Assembly (NCBI GenBank): GCA_965222605.1
Contig: OZ244960.1
Location: 1,856,001-1,920,000, forward strand
Reading direction: 5' to 3'
Origin: Candidatus Latescibacterota bacterium
Lineage (GTDB): Bacteria > Latescibacterota > UBA2968
DNA: 64,000 nucleotides
The translations under genes and the position numbers were made by a program. The notes below the pieces were generated by a model that searched no databases, was not told where the DNA came from, and worked only from the letters and a program-made list of their open reading frames with translations. Of this stretch, positions 9,662 to 20,213 are shown in pieces. Numbering within the stretch: position 1 is the stretch's first letter; each line of letters starts with the position of its first letter.

Positions 9662-12511
9662 ATGTCCATTCTCCACACCTTCATAGCTCTCGACCTCGAA
9701 ACCACGGGTCTGAATCCAAAAGAAGCCGAAATAATCGAAATCGGTGCTGTCAAAGTCAAAGACGGCGAAATTATCGATCACTTTCAGACTTATGTGCGCC
9801 CAAAAATGGGGGTGCCCGAAGAAACAACGCACCTGACGGGCATAGCATTCAAAGACGTGAGAAATGCACCCCGCATCAACGCGGCAATCGAAAACTTTAT
9901 GACCTTTGCCGGCGACCAGCCCCTCATCGTACACCAGGGTCGATTTGAAACCCGCTTTTTATCTGAAGCCTCTGGCCTGCCCTTTGGCAACAACATACAC
10001 AGCGTGCGCGATCTCGCCCGCGTTGCCTTGCCCAGTTTATCCGATCATCGGACGAATACGCTTGCAGACTTTTTTCAAGTCGAATCCCGATCAGCGCACA
10101 AAGCACTTTGCGACGCCGAGCAACTCGCAGGCATATACTCGGGCGTCGTCGGGGTCTTGCGCGACACCTCATTCCGCACCAAACAACAAATACTCCAGCT
10201 TTTGCAAGGCACAAATAACGCCTTGCTCAATATTTTTGTCGATCTGGGCAATGAAGCGGCCAAAAGCGAATTTATGAGCCGCATTCGCGGTGGCGGGGCA
10301 GATGGCCTCCCCCTCTCCAATGTGGGCGGTGAAGAACCCCGAACGGAAGCAGAGAACAGCGAGCTCCTCGACATCGACATGCTCTGCACCCTGTTTGAAT
10401 CCGGCGGCACCTTTGACCGACAAACCGAAGGATATGAAGTTCGCACCGAACAAATCGAAATGGTGCGCGCCATTGCCGATGCCTTCAACAACAACCATCT
10501 CCTCGTCGCTGAAGCGGGCACAGGCGTGGGCAAATCCATGGCCTATCTCACCCCGGCCATTCACCACGCCGCACAAAATGGCCGCCGCATCATTGTTTCC
10601 ACCAATACCAAAAATCTTCAGGAACAATTGTTTTTCAAAGACCTGCCCCACCTCGAACGCACTCTGAATGTACCCTTCAGCTATGTCCTGCTCAAAGGTC
10701 GCAGCAACTATATATGCCTCAATCGGTGGCATGCAGCACTCGCCAATGTAGATACCTTCTTTACCGAAGACGAGCGCGCCGGAGCCTTATTCCTCGTTAT
10801 ATGGGCAGAACAAACGCAAACCGGCGATATTTCGGAAAACAATGGCTTTGATATGCGTCGTCATGCCGGTCTGTGGGCAAAAGTGTGTTCCGACTCGGGT
10901 TATTGCCGCTCGCAAAAATGCCGCACCAACGGGCAGTGTTTTGCCAACACCGTGCGCCGCTCTGCCCAAAAAGCACATATCGTGGTTGTCAATCACTCCC
11001 TGCTTTTTTCCGACATCGTCTCGGAAAATGCCGTGCTGGGCGAATACGAAGACCTCATCTTGGACGAAGCCCACAACATCGAAAAAATTGCCGCACAATA
11101 TTTGGGACGCGAACTCAATATATGGCACGTCAAAAATTTTTCCGATCAACTGCGCAGTCCGGGCTTTCACAGCACCGGCACCCTGCCCGCATTGCGCCAC
11201 TGGATCGGTGTAGCCGATCTCAAAGACAATATCTTTGCCACCTTTGACAAAGGCATTGGGCGGGCTGTGAACGCCGCCGAAGACATCTATCTCAAAGCGC
11301 AGATCTTCTTTCAAGATCTCACGGAATTTTTGTACGGCAAACAGGGCAGTCGCAAATTTTACTACACGCCAAAAGAGCGCTATCGTCCGGGTGAAAATAC
11401 GTTTGAAGCAGTTAGAGAAAGCCTTGAGGACTTTGCCGAAGCGGGTTCAGAACTCAACAGCAGCTTAAAAAATCTGTGTGATTGGCTCAAGGACTTGCCC
11501 GACGACACCTTTCCCAACCAGGACGAACTCGTCAGTGAACTCGACGGACGCACACAGGAATGCAGCGACCTGATCGCAACCCTCAACCACTTGACCCATC
11601 CCGAAGACGAACAATGCGTTTACTGGTTCGAATTGCCAACCCGGGAAAACAGCAGTGACACGCGCCTGTTTTCTGCGCCCCTGCACGTCGCCGATGTATT
11701 GCGCGAGGCACTCTACGACAAAATGCGCACCATCGTCTTCACATCTGCCACTCTGGGCATTCGCGGCAAACTCATCTACTTTCTTCAGCGCATGGGGCTC
11801 GACACCATGTCCGACGGTCGCGTGCAAACAAGTTGCCTTGGTTCGCCCTTTGACTACGATTTACAAACCCTTGTCTGCGTACCGCAATTTATGCCATCAC
11901 CCAAATCCCCCCATTTTCAACGCGCCGTTGACGATTTGCTGCGCCATCTCGCACGCGAAGTCGGACGGGGCACGCTGGCATTATTTACGTCCTACAGCAT
12001 GCTCAACCAGTCTTATGACGCACTCAAAAACGATCTATCGTCCGATGGTATCTTACTCCTGGGCCAGGGTATAGACGGTGCGCGCGGCAGCATTACCGAC
12101 CGCTTTAAGACCCATCGCCGCGCAATGCTTCTGGGCACCGACAGTTTCTGGGAAGGGGTAGATATCCCCGGTGAAGCCCTTGAAATACTGGGCATTATTC
12201 GCCTGCCTTTTGCCGTGCCCTCTGAACCCCTCGTTGCAGCGCACATGGAAGAACTCGAAAAACAGGGTAAAAATCCATTTTTACACTATTCTGTACCCGA
12301 AGCCATTCTCAAATTTCGCCAGGGTTTTGGCCGCCTGATTCGCAACAAATCCGACAGAGGTATTGTTATCGTCTTCGACAGTCGGGTTTTATCCACCTTT
12401 TATGGACGAGCCTTTCTCGAAGCATTGCCAGTTCAACATCGGGCGTTTCGAGCGCCAGACCATTTATTACAAACCATCAAAAGCTGGTTCGACAAAGTGA
12501 GCGCAGCGTGA
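9662..12511 (+). CDS. dinG: DnaQ exonuclease-DinG helicase fusion
   Basis: DLETTG and HKALCDA exonuclease motifs; EAGTGVGKS, DEAH, QGFGRLIR; Fe-S cysteines. Confidence 0.9.
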   Translation: MSILHTFIALDLETTGLNPKEAEIIEIGAVKVKDGEIIDHFQTYVRPKMGVPEETTHLTGIAFKDVRNAPRINAAIENFMTFAGDQPLIVHQGRFETRFLSEASGLPFGNNIHSVRDLARVALPSLSDHRTNTLADFFQVESRSAHKALCDAEQLAGIYSGVVGVLRDTSFRTKQQILQLLQGTNNALLNIFVDLGNEAAKSEFMSRIRGGGADGLPLSNVGGEEPRTEAENSELLDIDMLCTLFESGGTFDRQTEGYEVRTEQIEMVRAIADAFNNNHLLVAEAGTGVGKSMAYLTPAIHHAAQNGRRIIVSTNTKNLQEQLFFKDLPHLERTLNVPFSYVLLKGRSNYICLNRWHAALANVDTFFTEDERAGALFLVIWAEQTQTGDISENNGFDMRRHAGLWAKVCSDSGYCRSQKCRTNGQCFANTVRRSAQKAHIVVVNHSLLFSDIVSENAVLGEYEDLILDEAHNIEKIAAQYLGRELNIWHVKNFSDQLRSPGFHSTGTLPALRHWIGVADLKDNIFATFDKGIGRAVNAAEDIYLKAQIFFQDLTEFLYGKQGSRKFYYTPKERYRPGENTFEAVRESLEDFAEAGSELNSSLKNLCDWLKDLPDDTFPNQDELVSELDGRTQECSDLIATLNHLTHPEDEQCVYWFELPTRENSSDTRLFSAPLHVADVLREALYDKMRTIVFTSATLGIRGKLIYFLQRMGLDTMSDGRVQTSCLGSPFDYDLQTLVCVPQFMPSPKSPHFQRAVDDLLRHLAREVGRGTLALFTSYSMLNQSYDALKNDLSSDGILLLGQGIDGARGSITDRFKTHRRAMLLGTDSFWEGVDIPGEALEILGIIRLPFAVPSEPLVAAHMEELEKQGKNPFLHYSVPEAILKFRQGFGRLIRNKSDRGIVIVFDSRVLSTFYGRAFLEALPVQHRAFRAPDHLLQTIKSWFDKVSAA

Positions 12512-13932
12512 ATACCAAACACCTGATTGCCATACGCGAGCCTCTGGGGAAATTGCTGGTACAAATTCCTCAGCGCTATCATCCGCTCGTCGGGCATGCC
12601 TATCACTTCGCCAATGCCAGCCATGAAGGCCAGGACCGCGACGCCGGGCAACCGTATATCACCCATCCCATTGGCGTAGCCCTCATTCTGGCTTCTGAAT
12701 TGGGCTTTGCACGCGACGCGGAAATGATGGCGGCGGCACTATTGCACGACGCCGTTGAAGATTCTGCCCTGGAACTCCACGACATTGAACCCACCTTTGG
12801 AAAAAATATTGCCACCCTCGTCAGCGGCGTTACAAAAGTAAGAGGATCACAAGCAAGCCGCACCACGCGGCGCATTGCCACCTTACAACATCTGTTCACC
12901 CATGCCAGACGAGACCCGCGCGTACTCATTCTCAAATTGGCTGACCGCATGTACAACATGCGTAGCCTCGACGGCATTGCAGAACTCGACAGGCGGCAAC
13001 GCATTGCGCGAGAAACCATTGATATATACGCGCCCCTATCGCACCTGTTGGGCATGGCCCGCATCCGCCGCGAACTTGAAGACAGCAGTCTTTTCTGCCT
13101 CAAACCTCGCATTGCAAATCAGATACAGACTACATTTAAAACAGAACCGACCGAACACCTCGTGAAATTTCAGGACAAAATTCGCAACTTGCTCAACGCC
13201 AATGGCGTGCGGACAAGTGTGCGCGTGCAACAGAAAAGTTTGAGCAGCATTTACCGCAAATTGCAACATCGCCCCCTCAATCAAATTCAGGACCGATACG
13301 CAATCGAAGTCATTGTCTCGCGTCGTCATCTATGTTATTTGACTTTGGGCATTTTGCACGAGCACTTCCTGCCCGTAATGGAGCGTTTCAAAGACTTTAT
13401 TGCCCTGCCCAAACGCAATGGCTATCAGGCTCTGCATACCCGTGTCCACCACAGGGACCAACGCTATGAACTCCACATTCAAACCCCTGCAATGCATCGC
13501 CTGGGTGAATTTGGCATCGCCGCATTGCGTGGAGATGTACAGCACGAAGAGCGCCGCACGCGCTGGTTGCACGATTTTGTCGATTGGTACGACCGCGCCG
13601 ACGCCACCCATCACCTGATGTCTGAACTCAAACGCATTCTCTTTACCCGAGAAATTGTCGCACTCACGCCCAGAGGTGATCCCTTTATTTTACCCGAAGA
13701 TGCGACTGTTGTCGATTTTGCCTTTGCTGTACATACCGACCTCGGCTTGCAATGCAAAGGAGGCCGTATCAACGGCGCGCGGGCTTATCCGTTCTCAAAA
13801 CTGACCTGGGGCGACACCGTTGAAATTGACACCGATCCGAACCAACATCCCAAAAAGAGTTGGGTCAGCCGCGTTAAAACCTACCGCGCTCGTCGTCACA
13901 TACAGCACTATTTCAATAGTCAATCTCAATAG
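12508..13932 (+). CDS. Short RelA/SpoT homolog (HD + degenerate synthetase + TGS)
   Basis: PYITHP, ALLHDAVED, KLADRMYNMR, KRNGYQALHT, TVVDFAFAVHT. Confidence 0.85.
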   Translation: MNTKHLIAIREPLGKLLVQIPQRYHPLVGHAYHFANASHEGQDRDAGQPYITHPIGVALILASELGFARDAEMMAAALLHDAVEDSALELHDIEPTFGKNIATLVSGVTKVRGSQASRTTRRIATLQHLFTHARRDPRVLILKLADRMYNMRSLDGIAELDRRQRIARETIDIYAPLSHLLGMARIRRELEDSSLFCLKPRIANQIQTTFKTEPTEHLVKFQDKIRNLLNANGVRTSVRVQQKSLSSIYRKLQHRPLNQIQDRYAIEVIVSRRHLCYLTLGILHEHFLPVMERFKDFIALPKRNGYQALHTRVHHRDQRYELHIQTPAMHRLGEFGIAALRGDVQHEERRTRWLHDFVDWYDRADATHHLMSELKRILFTREIVALTPRGDPFILPEDATVVDFAFAVHTDLGLQCKGGRINGARAYPFSKLTWGDTVEIDTDPNQHPKKSWVSRVKTYRARRHIQHYFNSQSQ

Positions 13933-13940
13933 TCAATTTC

Positions 13941-14258
13941 ATGCCTCGATTTCTTTTTTTTCTCGTCATCACCCTGATTTTCGCATGTTCGGGAACCAAT
14001 CCCGTTCTCGAAAGTCAAAAAATGAAGGTCTCACAAGCTCAAAAGGCACTGCGCGAAGAACGCATCCGTCTGCAAACCCTGCGCGACAGTCTGAAAAGCG
14101 AAATTCATCGCAATATCGCGCTGGGCATTCCAAAAGACCAGGCAGAAAAAATAGAACACACCCGCATCAAAATTCAGGAAACCATTGTCGCAGCATCGGA
14201 AAAAAATTTGGAGGCGCAACAAGCTCTACTCGATTCACTCACAAAATATTCCCCCTGA
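13941..14258 (+). CDS. Small coiled-coil lipoprotein
   Basis: Hydrophobic N-terminus with IFAC lipobox; heptad-like body. Confidence 0.65.
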   Translation: MPRFLFFLVITLIFACSGTNPVLESQKMKVSQAQKALREERIRLQTLRDSLKSEIHRNIALGIPKDQAEKIEHTRIKIQETIVAASEKNLEAQQALLDSLTKYSP

Positions 14259-14362
14259 GGCTTCGCACCCCGCAATATTAACTTGCTCTAATAGCACAAA
14301 TTTGTCATATTGCACTATATATAACAGCATCCCGAAAATTTACATCAAGAGGAGGAGCATCC

Positions 14363-15835
14363 GTGTCCAATCGCGAACACTTTCCTGTTGCGCCCAAACT
14401 TGCGTATGCATCCACGGGACTCGAACCGTATATCCCCTCGGCAGAACAGCCGTGGGATGAGCACCGGGCGGCACACCTCTTGCGGCGCACCCTGATTGGC
14501 CCAACGCCAAAAGAAATTGCAGAAGCCGTGCAAAGCACGCCAGAAGCCGTTGTAGATCGCCTTCTGGAAATGCCTTTTTTGCCCCCCAATCCACCCGATC
14601 GATGGGTCTATGACGATCCATTTCAAAAACCCAATCGAGATCAGCGCAAAATTGAGCGCGCGCGCGTTGACCAGACCCGCGCCTGGTGGATGGAACTCAT
14701 CGTCAATCAGGGGTTCTCAATTCAAGAGCGCATGGTGCTCTTCTGGCACGATCACTTTGCCACCCAGGCCAAAGATGTCAGACGCCCGCAGTGGATGTAT
14801 CTTCAAAATTTCCTGTTCCGCAAGCGTGCCGTCGGCAATTTTAAAACAATAGTTGAGGGCGTCACGCGCGATCCGGCCATGATCTACTACCTCGACAGCA
14901 ACACCAGCAGAGTGGGTAAGCCCAATGAAAATTACGCCCGAGAACTCATGGAATTATTCACCCTGGGCGAGGGCAGCACCTACACAGAACACGACATCGG
15001 AGAAGCGGCTCGCGCGCTCACAGGTTGGGTTGTCGTAGGCAAACAACCCGTTTTTAGAGAGAATCGGTTCGACAAAGGGCAGAAGACCTTCCTGGGGCAA
15101 ACCGGCAACTTCAATGAGCAAGACATTATCGACATCATTTTCCAGCAAGAAGGCACAGCCGAATTTATATGCGGCAAACTCTACCGCGAATTTGTCTATG
15201 AGCATCCAGACAAAGATGTCATCTTGGAACTCGCGCAAATCATGCGCGACAACAACTACGAAATCAAACCTGTGCTAAAGGCATTGTTCCTAAGTGCGCA
15301 CTTTTTCGATCCAGCTATCATCGGCGCCAAAATCAAGAATCCCGTCGAACTGGTCGCCGGCACAGCGCGCAGTCTCGGTTTCAAAGCTGGCAGAGGCAGG
15401 AGCATCAGTTCCGAGTACCTCGTTTACATCGCCCAGGTGCTCGGTCAGAAACTACTCGATCCTCCCAATGTGGCCGGGTGGCCGGGGTATCGGATATGGA
15501 TCAGCACGTCAACATTGCCCGAACGCCACAAAATGACCGACGAAATTGTCGATGCCAAACCGCGTAATCCCAACCGTTACACCATCCTCAATCCGGATAC
15601 CGTGGGATTCGTCAAGGCATTTCCCGAGCCCTACGACGCGGAAAAACTCGTTCGCGCCATGGGAGAATGTCTGACGGCCTTTCCAGTTGACGATTATCGC
15701 CGCGAAATGTTTTTGGAAACGCTCCTCGAAGGTGCCGATGTCTATGACTGGAATCCCGACGCGATTGCAGCACCCCGACGCATCAAGAACATTCTCAAAC
15801 TCATCTTTGAATTGCCCGACTATCAACTGAATTAG
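14363..15835 (+). CDS. DUF1800 family protein
   Basis: AAHLLRR, ERMVLFWHDHF, NENYARELMELFTLG, PPNVAGW; GGAGGAG RBS. Confidence 0.9.
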   Translation: MSNREHFPVAPKLAYASTGLEPYIPSAEQPWDEHRAAHLLRRTLIGPTPKEIAEAVQSTPEAVVDRLLEMPFLPPNPPDRWVYDDPFQKPNRDQRKIERARVDQTRAWWMELIVNQGFSIQERMVLFWHDHFATQAKDVRRPQWMYLQNFLFRKRAVGNFKTIVEGVTRDPAMIYYLDSNTSRVGKPNENYARELMELFTLGEGSTYTEHDIGEAARALTGWVVVGKQPVFRENRFDKGQKTFLGQTGNFNEQDIIDIIFQQEGTAEFICGKLYREFVYEHPDKDVILELAQIMRDNNYEIKPVLKALFLSAHFFDPAIIGAKIKNPVELVAGTARSLGFKAGRGRSISSEYLVYIAQVLGQKLLDPPNVAGWPGYRIWISTSTLPERHKMTDEIVDAKPRNPNRYTILNPDTVGFVKAFPEPYDAEKLVRAMGECLTAFPVDDYRREMFLETLLEGADVYDWNPDAIAAPRRIKNILKLIFELPDYQLN

Positions 15836-15895
15836 ACTTGAGGCCTGCCTGTTCTACCCCCGTCGGGTGGAAATAGCCTCCAGAAGGAGCTCGTT

Positions 15896-17317
15896 ATGAA
15901 CAGACGCGACTTTATGAAAAATGCGACCCGCGGTGGTGCCGGGTTTGCGCTGGGCGGTTTTATGACGCGGGCTTATGGGCGCGCCGAAGCTGTTGGCCCC
16001 CTGGCAGCCGCAGCCCTCAGCGAGACCGATCGCGTGCTCGTTATCATTCGCCTCAATGGCGGTAACGACGGCCTCAATACCCTGGTCAATTTTGAAAACG
16101 ATGCCTATTATCAGGCCCGCCCAAAAATCCACATCAAAAAAGAAGAAGCCCTCAGACTCACCCCAACACAGGGCCTGCACCCCCAACTCACCGGACTCAA
16201 AGAACTCTATGACGAAGGTCAGTTGATGGTCATGCAGGGCGTGGGATATCCCAATCCCAATCGATCGCACTTCCGCTCGACCGACATCTGGCTGACCGCA
16301 TCGGATTCCAACGAATTTCTAAGCGATGGTTGGCTGGGGCGCTATTTTGAATCCCAAACTCCGGGCTTCCCAGACATCCTGCCAGAACATCCTCTCGCAG
16401 TTGACATCGGCCCCGTACTTTCCCTTGCCCTGTTGGGCAAAAACGGTGCCATGGGCATTGCACTGCGCAACCCCAGACAATTTGTCTATCTCGTAGAGCG
16501 GGGCAACCAAATTATCGAAGACGGTAAAATCCCCTCACCGGCTGGATATGAACTCGACTTTATCCGCCGCATCAATTTTGAATCTCTGCAATACTCCTCA
16601 CAAGTCCAAGATGCCGCAAATAAAGGCGCGAACAGGGTTGAATACCCTGCCAATAATTCGCTCGCCAACCAACTCAGTCTGGTCTCGCGGTTGATCGCTG
16701 GTGGCTTACAATCCAAAGTGTATCTGGTCTCACTGGGCGGATTCGACACACACGCCAATCAGCTCAACCGCCACAACACCCTGATGAGATATCTCAACGG
16801 AGCAGTCACGGCTTTTGTGCAAGACCTGCGGCAACATCAATTGCAAGACCGCGTGCTCGGCATGAGCATTTCGGAATTTGGTCGTCGAACAAAAGAAAAC
16901 GGCAGCGCAGGCACCGATCACGGCACATCAGCGCCCATGTTCTTCTTCGGCCCATCGGTCAATGCGGGCATTGCAGGCCCACAGCCCAACTTTGAACGGG
17001 TTGACAGGCGCGGTGACTTTCACTACGATCAACACTTCCGCCATGTCTATGCCTCGGTGCTCAACCAGTGGTTTGACGTGCCAGAAAATGTTATCTCGAG
17101 TATCTTTTCATCCAATCCCTCGCACATTCCCATTCTCAGGCCAAAGCTCGATCTCGCCCAGGTTGACTTTAATGCCGACGGCAAACTCGACTTTACCGAC
17201 TTTCTCGAATTTGCACAGGCTTTCGGCAGCAACGAGTCCAAATTCGACTTAGACGGTGATGGCAAAGTTGGTTTTAGCGATTTCCTGAGATTTGTCGATG
17301 CCTACCGAAACCGTTAA
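15896..17317 (+). CDS. Tat-exported DUF1501 protein with dockerin/EF-hand-like tail
   Basis: MNRRDF Tat motif; GGNDGLN, RSHFRS, GGFDTH, SEFGRR, GTDHG; paired DxxxDG..DFL repeats. Confidence 0.9.
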   Translation: MNRRDFMKNATRGGAGFALGGFMTRAYGRAEAVGPLAAAALSETDRVLVIIRLNGGNDGLNTLVNFENDAYYQARPKIHIKKEEALRLTPTQGLHPQLTGLKELYDEGQLMVMQGVGYPNPNRSHFRSTDIWLTASDSNEFLSDGWLGRYFESQTPGFPDILPEHPLAVDIGPVLSLALLGKNGAMGIALRNPRQFVYLVERGNQIIEDGKIPSPAGYELDFIRRINFESLQYSSQVQDAANKGANRVEYPANNSLANQLSLVSRLIAGGLQSKVYLVSLGGFDTHANQLNRHNTLMRYLNGAVTAFVQDLRQHQLQDRVLGMSISEFGRRTKENGSAGTDHGTSAPMFFFGPSVNAGIAGPQPNFERVDRRGDFHYDQHFRHVYASVLNQWFDVPENVISSIFSSNPSHIPILRPKLDLAQVDFNADGKLDFTDFLEFAQAFGSNESKFDLDGDGKVGFSDFLRFVDAYRNR

Positions 17318-17339
17318 GCATTCAGTATCGTCTGAAACT

Positions 17340-17371
17340 AAAAAAGCCCCGGTCACACACCGGGGCTTTTT
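17340..17371 (+). terminator. Intrinsic terminator
   Basis: AAAAAAGCCCCGGT-CACAC-ACCGGGGCTTTTT. Confidence 0.8.
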
Positions 17372-17401
17372 ACTAATGGGCAACAGAGACGAGGCAAAAC
17401 C

Positions 17402-19546
17402 ATGCAAAAATCCAAACGCGAAATCACAATTTCCAATCGCTATCTCTACTACTACGCCAGCCTGATCAAACGCATCTACGGTCTGATCATCCGAAATGAA
17501 CACAAAAACCAACCCGACGAGCGTTATATAGGTCATCTGGACGAAGACTCGGTACTGAGTTCCAGGGATGCGACCCATACAAAAGGCAGGCTACCCGGCA
17601 CGCCTGTTCCAGATGAAATTATCCTGTTTCGCTTTCGAAAGCGTCTGCTCCTGGGAACATGTCAGGCCGTCTTATCCCGCAAAATTTCCGAAATCACAGT
17701 TTTATCAGAAGATGGCCGGCGCCTCCGCTTTCACCACACCAACCTCGTTTATCTCACCGGAACCTCATCGTGCGATGTATCCCTCAAAACTTACACTATG
17801 GCCGTCCGCGCTTTGAGTCGGGAAATAGACCTCGAGGCCGTCTGGGAAATCGCCGTTGAATCTGCAACCCCGCTTCCACTTTCAGAAATCGCCGACCTCT
17901 TCTACAACACAGAAATCGATGCCACACAGTGGATCGCCCTCTATCTTCACCTGCACCATGCCTGTCCTTATTTTCAACCTCAATTTTCCAACTCGTATTC
18001 GCCCTATACGGTTGATCAGGCATACTTCCGCCGTCAACACAACAGCCGCAGAAAAGATCGGGATGAAGAACGCGAAGAATTTATCCACGCCATGGCAAAC
18101 AATGCCGAATCCATTGCAGGACATACCCTGACCCAACGCCAGCAAACCTATCTGGAACAGATCCGACAATACGCATTGTGGAGCAGCGAATCCCAACACG
18201 CAACCCAGGCTCAGGCATTGATCGCGGAAATTTGCAAAACCCGAAAAAACCACCAAAAATCTGCAGTCGAATTGCTCATTGAAAAAAAGGTCTGGAATCG
18301 CAATCAAAACCTCGACTTGCTCCGCGCCGAAATTCCAACTGCATTTTCAGACCTCGTCATCCGCCAGACAGAAACACTCGCGCCCACTTGTGGCAACCGC
18401 AAAAAACAACCCGTCTTTGTGATACACCTGCCCGATCATCCGAACATTGCCATCTCATTCCGTCGCAGGCTCTTTAGGGGCGCAGAGTTTGGCGTACACA
18501 TTCCAGATATCGGCGCACTCATTCCCAAAGATTCACACATTGACCGCGACGCTGCCGAGCGCATGGCACATATTCCCTTTCCCGATCAGCCCATTCCCAT
18601 GCTACCCACGCGTTTTGCACATGACCTGGGCCAATTCCAAAGCGACAAAGCGCATCCAGCTCTCAGCATCTTCTGGCGCGTGAACCGGGCTGGCCGCCTC
18701 AAAGATTTTTGTATCGCCCAAACGGCCGCAACCAACAAAGCAGACCTATCACCTGAAAACATCGATCGAGCATTGAACAGTCCCTCTCATCCGCAGCATC
18801 GCGCCATACGATTCTTCTCGCAATTATCCACGCGCCTCCAAAAAAATCGGCAAACGGACATTTACGACCTTGAGGAACAATCACCCCAAAATCACGCGCT
18901 TCGCATTGCCCGTGAACTATCCCTGCTCGCTGGCATCGCTGTCGGTCGGTGGTGTCACAAAAAAGGGATCCCCGCAATTTACGAAATGCGCGATCCCATA
19001 GAAAATGCCGAGTCCATCATACAAATCCCCCACCCCATCGTCCGCCGCCACGAACTTCACCGTCAAACCCCGAACATCGACCTCAACACAACACCAGAAA
19101 CACATCACGGCTATGGCATTTCGCATTATTGTCCCATCACCCAACCCAGCACCCGATACACAGATCTGGTGATGCAACGCCAGATCGATCACTACCTTCA
19201 AGCCGAGCAATACCTTTACTCGGTTGACGACCTCAATACCCTGCGCTATCGCATGTGGGAAACGCAGGACCTCATTGACGGTCTGGTTTATCGCCATACC
19301 CGCAAATTGATGTTACAATCATGGGAAAATAAACTCGGTCGGGAATTTCGCGCCGTTGTTCTTCACCACAAAATGCGCGGTGTCCTCGTCGAACTCCTCG
19401 ACCATCCCTTCAAAACAGTCATCTACCCGGGTTATCCCGTAGAAGTAGGCGACGAAATTGACCTGCGCCTGACGGGTATTGATCGCTGGAAAGGCTGGGC
19501 ACACTTCACGGAAATAAGCGGTCAGCTATCAGCGGTCGGCTTTTAG
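17402..19546 (+). CDS. RNB (RNase II/R-like) domain protein, degenerate active site
   Basis: GVHIPD, HHGYGISHYCPITQPSTRYTDLVMQRQ (cf. TSPIRRYxDL), S1-like tail; start uncertain. Confidence 0.75.
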   Translation: MQKSKREITISNRYLYYYASLIKRIYGLIIRNEHKNQPDERYIGHLDEDSVLSSRDATHTKGRLPGTPVPDEIILFRFRKRLLLGTCQAVLSRKISEITVLSEDGRRLRFHHTNLVYLTGTSSCDVSLKTYTMAVRALSREIDLEAVWEIAVESATPLPLSEIADLFYNTEIDATQWIALYLHLHHACPYFQPQFSNSYSPYTVDQAYFRRQHNSRRKDRDEEREEFIHAMANNAESIAGHTLTQRQQTYLEQIRQYALWSSESQHATQAQALIAEICKTRKNHQKSAVELLIEKKVWNRNQNLDLLRAEIPTAFSDLVIRQTETLAPTCGNRKKQPVFVIHLPDHPNIAISFRRRLFRGAEFGVHIPDIGALIPKDSHIDRDAAERMAHIPFPDQPIPMLPTRFAHDLGQFQSDKAHPALSIFWRVNRAGRLKDFCIAQTAATNKADLSPENIDRALNSPSHPQHRAIRFFSQLSTRLQKNRQTDIYDLEEQSPQNHALRIARELSLLAGIAVGRWCHKKGIPAIYEMRDPIENAESIIQIPHPIVRRHELHRQTPNIDLNTTPETHHGYGISHYCPITQPSTRYTDLVMQRQIDHYLQAEQYLYSVDDLNTLRYRMWETQDLIDGLVYRHTRKLMLQSWENKLGREFRAVVLHHKMRGVLVELLDHPFKTVIYPGYPVEVGDEIDLRLTGIDRWKGWAHFTEISGQLSAVGF

Positions 19547-19549
19547 CCT

Positions 19550-19572
19550 TCGCGGCAGGGATGCCTTCTTAC
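19550..19572. repeat. REP-like short palindrome, copy A
   Basis: tcgcggcagggatgccttcttac; near-identical inverted copy at 21963-21986. Confidence 0.4.
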
Positions 19573-20174
19573 TTCCCACCTTTACCTTCCCACGCCGGAT
19601 ACAAATCGTGCTCAATATCCAATAAACTCAAAATTCGGCCAACGACGAAATCCGCTAAATCGTCGAATGTCTCCGGCTTTTGATAAAATGCTGGCATCGC
19701 CGGCACCACAACAGCACCCGCTTCAGCCACCGCCACCATATTGCGCAGTTGGATCAAATTCATGGGCGTCTCGCGCGGCACAATGATGAGCTTGCGGTGT
19801 TCTTTCAACGCGACATCAGCGGCACGCTCAATCAAATTGCGCGATAACCCATGTGCTATGCTCGCCAGTGTTTTCATCGAACACGGCACCACCACCATGC
19901 CATCTGACCGCGCCGAACCACTCGCCAGCGTTGCGGCGAGATTCTTAAGTGGATGCAGTGCCATATTATCTACCGGAACACCGTAAAGTTCCTGAATAAA
20001 CCCGCCAAAATCTTGCTGTTTTCCCTCAAAGCCCGCCTCGTCTCGCAGCAGCATCCAGCCAAATTCGGATATCACCACATCTACCGCAACCTCACGCATC
20101 AGCAATGCGCGCAATGTGCGCAACGCATAAATGGCCCCACTTGCCCCCGTAATTGCAACCGTAATTTGTCTCAT
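19569..20174 (-). CDS. ubiX: Flavin prenyltransferase UbiX
   Basis: ITGASG, ASGS, PCSMKTL, RAADVALKE, PRETP, PAFY. Confidence 0.95.
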   Translation of the reverse strand: MRQITVAITGASGAIYALRTLRALLMREVAVDVVISEFGWMLLRDEAGFEGKQQDFGGFIQELYGVPVDNMALHPLKNLAATLASGSARSDGMVVVPCSMKTLASIAHGLSRNLIERAADVALKEHRKLIIVPRETPMNLIQLRNMVAVAEAGAVVVPAMPAFYQKPETFDDLADFVVGRILSLLDIEHDLYPAWEGKGGK

Positions 20175-20213
20175 AGCAAACAGGCCCCCAAAATCCCAGA
20201 CAAAGCGAATTGA

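Noticed and set aside
9662-10150. Inactive DnaQ domain (HQGRFE instead of HNAxFD)
   Set aside because: ExoI and ExoIII are intact and D->E is conservative, so the evidence is insufficient.
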